The notes under the pieces: generated by a model
Database searches by the model: none
The model's input: the letters and a program-made list of their open reading frames with translations, nothing else
Told to the model about the DNA's origin: nothing
Program-made: the position numbers and the translations under genes
DNA from: Vicugna vicugna
Lineage: Eukaryota
Reading direction: 5' to 3'
NCBI GenBank assembly: GCA_013265495.1
Contig: MU057930.1
Coordinates: forward strand, 319,599 to 383,598
Length of the DNA stretch: 64,000 nt
Shown: positions 46,125-64,000 of the stretch, in pieces
Position numbering within the stretch: position 1 is the stretch's first letter
Layout: every line of letters starts with the position of its first letter

Positions 46125-48300
46125 TCTTTTTTTCCTCTCTATTAAAGTACAGTCAGTTACAATGTGTCAATTTCTGGTGCACAACATCGTGTCCCAGTCA
46201 TGCATATACATGCATGGATTCCTTTTCATATTCTTTTTCATTATAGGTTACTGCAAGATACTGAACAGAGTTCCCAGTGCTGCACAGTATGAATTTTTTC
46301 TTTATCTGTTTTCCACATCGTAGTTAACGTCTGCAAATCTCGAACTCCCAATTTATCCCTTCCCACCCTGTTTCACCCTGGTTACCATAAATTTGTTCTC
46401 TGTCTGTGAGTCTCTTTCTGTTTTGTAAATAAGTTCATTTGAGTTTTTTTTTAATAATTAGTTTAATTTTTTATTGATGTACAGTCAGTGTACAGTGTTG
46501 CATCCATTTCTGGTGCACAGCATCATTGTTCAGTCATACATGTACATGTGCATATTCGTTTTCCTATTCTTTTCCATTACAGGTTATTACAAGGCATTGA
46601 ACATAGTTCCCTGTGCTGTACAGTAGGACCTTGTTGTTTATCTATTTTTTTTATATACAAACGTCTCTTTTTAATCACCCTCAGGAAGAAGAAAAAATGG
46701 ACAAGTGTTCTGATTTCTCCACATTCTCGCTAGAACTTGTCCTAGTATATTTTGATTTTTGTTCTTGCCATCGGGTGGGTGTGGAGCAATCTCCACTGTG
46801 GATTCCTTTTGCATTTCTCTGATCGGTAGTGATGCTGAGCATCTTTGCATGTACAGAATACCCATTCCTGTCACCTTTAGTAAAGTGTCTATTTACCTCT
46901 TCAGCCCATTTATTAGATCCTTTGCCTTATTATGGAGTTGCATGCAAATTTGCAAATATTCTCTCCCAGTCTGCAACTGCTCTTCATTTTCTTAATGGTC
47001 TCTTTGAAATGTGATAAATGCTCATGTATCATTTTTTTTTTTAAATAGGCGTTCCGTGTCTTATCTAGAAAATCTCTTCCTAGCCCCAGAGGGCAAAGAT
47101 TTTCTCTTAAGTTTTCTTCAGAAAGTTTTGTGCAGGTCTGTGTTGGATTTTGAGTTCATTTTCGTGTTGTGGTGTGAGCTGAGGGTCTAAATTTGTCTTT
47201 TTGCACGTGGCTATCCAATTGTGTCAGCACCGTCTAGTGAGCCCTCCACTGGATTTCTTTAACAGCATGATAAATTTTATTTTATTTTATTTTTATTTTA
47301 TTTTATTTTATTATTTTAATGGAAGTAGAGTTGATTTACAGTGTTGTGTTACTTTCTGGGGTAACAGCATAGTGACTCAGGTATACATATAAAAATATTC
47401 TTTTTCAGATTCTTTTCCATTATAGGTTACTACAGGATGTTAAATAGAGTTCCCTCTGCTGCACAGTAGGACCTTATTGTTTATCTGTTTTATATATAGT
47501 AGTGTGTATCTGCAAATCTTGAACTCCGAATTTGTCCCTTCCCCACCCTTTCCACTTTGGTAACCATCAGTTTGTTTTCTGTGTCTTTGAGTCTGTTTCT
47601 GTTTTGTAAACAAGTTCATTGTATCGGGTTTTTTTTAGATTCCACATGTGAGATCATATGATATTTGTCCTTCTCTGTCTGACCTATTTCACTTAGAATA
47701 ATGATCTCTTGGTCCATCTGTGTTGCTGCAAGTGGCATAATTTTATTCTTTTTCATGGCTGAGTAGTATTCCATTGCATAAATACAGCACAGCTTCTTCA
47801 TCCAGTCATCGGTCAATGGACATTTAGGTTGTTTCCATGTCTTGGCTACTGTAAATAGTGCTGCTATGAACACTGGGGTGCAGGTGTCATCCTGAAGTAG
47901 ATTTCCTTCTGGATACAAGCCCAGGAGTGGGATTCCTGGGTCATATGGTAAGTCTATTCCTAGTCTTTTGAGGAATCTCCATACTGTTTTCCACAGTGGC
48001 TGCATCAACCTGCATTCCCACCAGCAGTGTAGGAGGGCTCCCCTTTCTACACAGCCTCTGCAGCATTTGTCACGTGTGGCCTTTTGAATGATGGCCATTC
48101 TGACTGGTGCGAGGTGATACGTCATGGCAGCTTTGATTTGCTTTTCTCTGTTATTTAGCGATGTTGAGCATCTTCCCGTGTGCCTGTTGTCCACCTGTTT
48201 ACCTCCTTTGCAAAAAATGTCTGGTTCGGTCTTATGCCCATTGGGTTTGTTTCCTTGTTATTGCATGGGACGGGCTGTTTGCATATTGTGGAAGTTAAGC
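46125..48300 (-). mobile_element. Cluster of nested LINE-1 3' fragments; the longest (47270-48300) includes the ORF2 C-terminus
   Basis: ORF 47616-48194 (YHLAPVRMAII...[23 protein letters not shown]) is the L1 ORF2 Cys-rich C-terminal region; several poly-T starts. Confidence 0.9.
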
Positions 48301-49092
48301 CCTGCCCTTGGATGTTTAATAGGCTGATATGTGGGGCCAGGCCAAGCAGAGTGTTTTCCTCTCTGCGAAATTTGCCTTGTTTGGGTAACTGAGTGGATTC
48401 CCTGGACCCACAGAGCATACTTACCCTTTCAGAGGCAGAGGAGCCGAGGCAGGAAGACAAAGGAGCAGGCAGGCCAGCACCGTGGGGGAGGCGGACAGAA
48501 ACAGCCCAAGCAAAGTCCTCCACTGCTCCACTGCTCTGTCCCCGGGGCTGCCGGGGAGGGGAACTGGGTTTCCAGGCGACTCAGGCAGACATTAGAGGGC
48601 AGGGGTCAGTCATGCCTCTGTGGCCACCTACTTAGGGCAGCGGGCCTAACTGGTCAGGCCAGTCGTAAACAGGCCAATTCTAAGGAACAGAGCCTGCGGT
48701 ACAGAGGGAGACTTGTGAACTCTCACCAGAACATCGTAATTCTCCCTGCGCTTATCTTGGCCAAGAGTCCAAGACCAGACTTGCAGGCTTCCCGGAGACA
48801 GAGTTTGCTTCCAACAAGTTGTACAGCAACTCTGTCCCCCGACTGCTGGGGGTCCCCCAGCTGACCAGCTGGCCACAGTCCTGGCTCTCGTGTGCTCTGC
48901 AGGGAGCACCCTGTCTCCTGCATTTTGTTTTTTTTTTTCCTACTGCCCCTCCAACTCAGCTACCTGCTGAGAAAAATGCCTATTTTCCTCAGATTCAGTT
49001 TTGCAACATGTTACCAGGGAGCTGCCCCAAAATAAAAGCCATATGATTTAAACACTGAGCCCGTTCTGTGAGAAGAGAGAGGTTTGACTTAC

Positions 49093-49625
49093 GATGAGCA
49101 GAACTCACAAGGGGGCATCTAGGAGCTTTGTAAAGGATGCAAAGAAAAAGTGCCCAAGATTTCCTGCAGAGACTTAAAAAGATCAGGGGAGCCAGCTCGA
49201 ACTCTAAATTGGAAGCAAAGCTGTTTGCATTGTTGGTTTTTTACAGGTGAGACGAAAGTTGGGGTTTTTAAACAAGAAAACAGAAGAAGGGTGTTCAAGT
49301 CTGTTTATTTATACTATAGGGTTTTTTTTTTTTTTTGTGTGTGTTCTTTTGGTGGGGAAAGATGAGCAGAACTCACAAGGGGGCATCTAGGAGCTTTGTA
49401 AAGGATGCAAAGAAAAAGTGCCCAAGATTTCCTGCAGAGACTTAAAAAGATCAGGGGAGCCAGCTCGAACTCTAAATTGGAAGCAAAGCTGTTTGCATTG
49501 TTGGTTTTTTACAGGTGAGACGAAAGTTGGGGTTTTTAAACAAGAAAACAGAAGAAGGGTGTTCAAGTCTGTTTATTTATACTATAGGGTTTTTTTTCTT
49601 TTGTGTGTGTTCTCTGGGTGGGGAA
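49093..49625. repeat. 268-bp direct tandem duplication (2 near-identical copies)
   Basis: gatgagcagaactcacaaggggg... at 49093 and 49361; ORFs at 49150 and 49418 share an identical N-terminal part. Confidence 0.97.
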
Positions 49626-51339
49626 CGTGGGGATCTCTGAAAACAGAGAGAAACATATTTCATTCTTGTCTGCGGTGGCCCCCGGTTCCCGGGGACGTGA
49701 TAGATTTAAAAGGCTAGCAAACACGAGACTGTCCCCTAATAGACGTGTGGGGTGCTGCGGGGTCTCAGGTCAGGGCTGAGGGGCTCCGGCTGGGGACGGA
49801 CCTTAACGTGAAGCCTGTCACCTGTCACCCTCCCTACTGTCACCTTCTCTGATGGGCTTCTGTCCGTCCCAAGACATGTAAACCATCCACGCAGGGAGGG
49901 GGCGTTCGTCAGGGACCGGGTGTTCCCAGACTCACGGCTGCAGAGCAGAGCGTCAAAGCGAGCGGAGAATCTTCACCCCAAGAGCAGGTATGGAGTCACT
50001 CTCCCAGCCTCGCTGTCCCCACGGCGTGAACCGGGGACCCAGGGCAGATGCCTTCAGGATGTGTGTAAGGAGGGTCCTCCTACTGACGTAACAAATCCCC
50101 ATGACTTAGTGGCCCCCGAACAGCACAGGATTATTATTATCTCAACGGTTCTAGATGTCAGACGTCTGACTTGGGTCTCACTGGGCTAAAATCAAGGTGT
50201 CACCACGCCTCCTTTTTGCCTACGTCAGTTGGACGAGGCACAGGGGTGGGGGTGTGCATGACGCGGGCTGGAACTGATTTACAGAAGGTGGTCAGGTTGC
50301 AGGTATTCAGGGAATGTAAGCTGCCAGCCCTCTTAAGTGCTGGAAGGCTGCTACACCTGGCCCTGCGCCCGCGGTTAAAATGTTCCCTCCAGACATTGCC
50401 TGCTCATTGGACCATCATTTGCTAAATAAGTCTTTTACTTGAGCCATAAAAGGTGGCATCAGAAAGCTTGCTCAACCCCATAAAGGTTCTCTCACCTTTG
50501 TGTTGAAGGGCCTAAGCCTGGTTTTGTTCAGGGCAGCCCACCTGAAAGAGTGCCTTTCTCGATTTCCGGTTGTTTCTATGGATGGCTCTTGAGGGTAGCA
50601 GTTGTGGCTTCAGGCTTCTGGATCATCCCCTTCAGAGGCTGACTCAACTGAGAGCAATGCCCTTTCTGCTCCCATCCTTCCTCCTCTCTGCTGCCTGGAT
50701 GGCCTGTGTGTTGCCTGGTGCAGCGGCAACCATGTTGTGACCACAAGGCAAAGGACGGTAGCCTTCCAGGGAGTTGGAAAGGGGCTGCCAGCCCTGGATT
50801 GATTCCCTCAGATTAGCTGGGAGATAACACACCCCTCTCTAGCTTGCAGCATTTTTATTCCTTGTGTCTGTTACTAGCAGCTCAAAGAAGTGAAGCCACT
50901 ACGGGCAGTGGTCCTAATGGGTGGGGTCGAGACCACCGTTTGAGATCAGAGGTACAGAAGCAGACACAGAACTCTTTTATCTTTTCTCTGTTACCTTCAA
51001 AGAGTAGGTGTGCGTACTTCTATGTGCCATTTTGTAGGGCTGTTCACGGAGGCACTGAAATTCCAAGCAGGCTTCAAGATTGATGGGTAGAGACATTGGA
51101 CATTGGCACTAGGGTACCCCCTGAGCTTTGGAGGACTAGAAAGAGCATTGTTTGGGTGTCCACTGTGATCCTCTTGTTCCATAGATGAGAAATCTTAACA
51201 GCCACTCCCTGGCCGCATCATGCTTCTCAAGAAAGGGAAACTTAAGCGAGGACCAAGGTTGTAGATTTTTGTTTTTTCAGTCCGGTAACTTTCTCCAGGG
51301 TCCTCTCACAATCCTGGCTGTCACGGGAGCTGTCCCTGT

Positions 51340-52290
51340 CTTTTTTAAACATTGATTTCCCAGATTTGTTGAGGTATACTTGATACATAAAACTGTATAT
51401 ATTTAAGGTACAAGGTGATGGTTTGATACATGTATACGCTGTGAAATGATCGCATCAAGTTCACGCACACAGCCATCACCTCATACAGTTGCCATTTTTG
51501 TGTGTCTGGTGAGAACGCTTCAGATCTCCTGTCTGAGCAAATTTCAACTACATAATACGTTTTTATTAACTGTGGTCACTGTGCTGTATCTTCAATGCCA
51601 AGAATGTGTTCATCTTATTGCTGGAAGTGTGTCCACTTGGACGGTGTTCCCAGCTCCCTCACCTCCCCGTCTGTGGCAACCACCAGTTGACGCTCTGCAT
51701 CTATGACTTCATTTTTTTTTTTAAGATTCCACATATAAGTGAGATCATACAATATTTGTCTTTCTCTGGCTGACTTATTTCACAGCATAACACCCTCAAG
51801 GTCCACCTATGCTGTTACAAACAGTAAGGCTTCCTTTTCATGGCTGAATAATATTCCATTGTGTGTATACACATCTATCTACCTATCCATCTACCCATCC
51901 ATCTGTCGTATCATTTCTATCCGTCTATCCATCCATCCATCATATCATATCTATCTACCCATTTGTCTGTCTATCTATCTATACATATTTATCCATTTTC
52001 TTTATCTGTTCATCCACTGATATGACTCTTAGATTGTTTCCATGTCTTGGCTATTGTAAATAACGCTACAACGAACACAGGGGTGCAGATATGTCTTCAA
52101 TATCCTGTTTTCATCTCCTTTAGATAAATACCCAGATTTGGAACCACCGGACCACACGAGCGTTCCATTTTTATTTTTAACCCCCTCCCCACGGTTTCCC
52201 ACAGTGGCTGCACCAGTCTACATTCCCAACAAGAGTGCTCAAGTTCCGTCTCCTCCACGTCCCGCTCCACGGCTCCCATCTCCTGTCCTT
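51340..52290 (-). mobile_element. Older LINE-1 3' fragment directly downstream of the ARSD stop
   Basis: cacagtggctgcacc...cattcccaacaag, agattccacatataagtgagatcat motifs; ORF 52097-52279 contains CWECRLVQPLWE. Confidence 0.85.
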
Positions 52291-52336
52291 TTGCTGAGAG
52301 CCCTGCGGACAGGGCAGGTCACATCGCCCTGGGGTC

Positions 52337-64000
<11,664 letters not shown>

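Noticed and set aside
47616..48194. 192-aa ORF with Cys/His/Trp motif
   Set aside because: C-terminal fragment of LINE-1 ORF2 in a 5'-truncated copy; not a host gene or an active element.

Overview
Mammalian genomic DNA, probably a camelid (alpaca, llama or camel) judging from its tRNA-Ala-like SINEs. The window carries the conserved XG-GYG2-ARSD gene block of the eutherian X short arm / pseudoautosomal region. It contains (1) the probable terminal coding exon of XG (+, 1679-1695); (2) a complete, intact glycogenin-2 gene (GYG2, +), with 10 coding exons from ATG 14639 to TGA 41275 that I spliced by hand into 1419 nt (472 aa), behind a CpG island interrupted by a 578-N gap; and (3) the 3' eight exons of arylsulfatase D (ARSD, -), from the CSPSR catalytic motif at the window edge to the stop at 52337. 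The rest is intronic or intergenic: L1 3' fragments, SINEs, MaLR/MLT2 LTRs, hAT-type DNA transposons and long (TCCA/TCTA)n tracts. Nearly all ORFs in the supplied track are spurious. I found no convincing new biological system. The most notable observations are a locally templated 66-bp hairpin insertion inside a SINE, a candidate 9-nt in-frame GYG2 microexon, a 41-bp triplication at a GYG2 splice acceptor and a near-perfect 268-bp tandem duplication. Orthology and repeat-family names come from recalled sequences, not database searches, and repeat boundaries are approximate.
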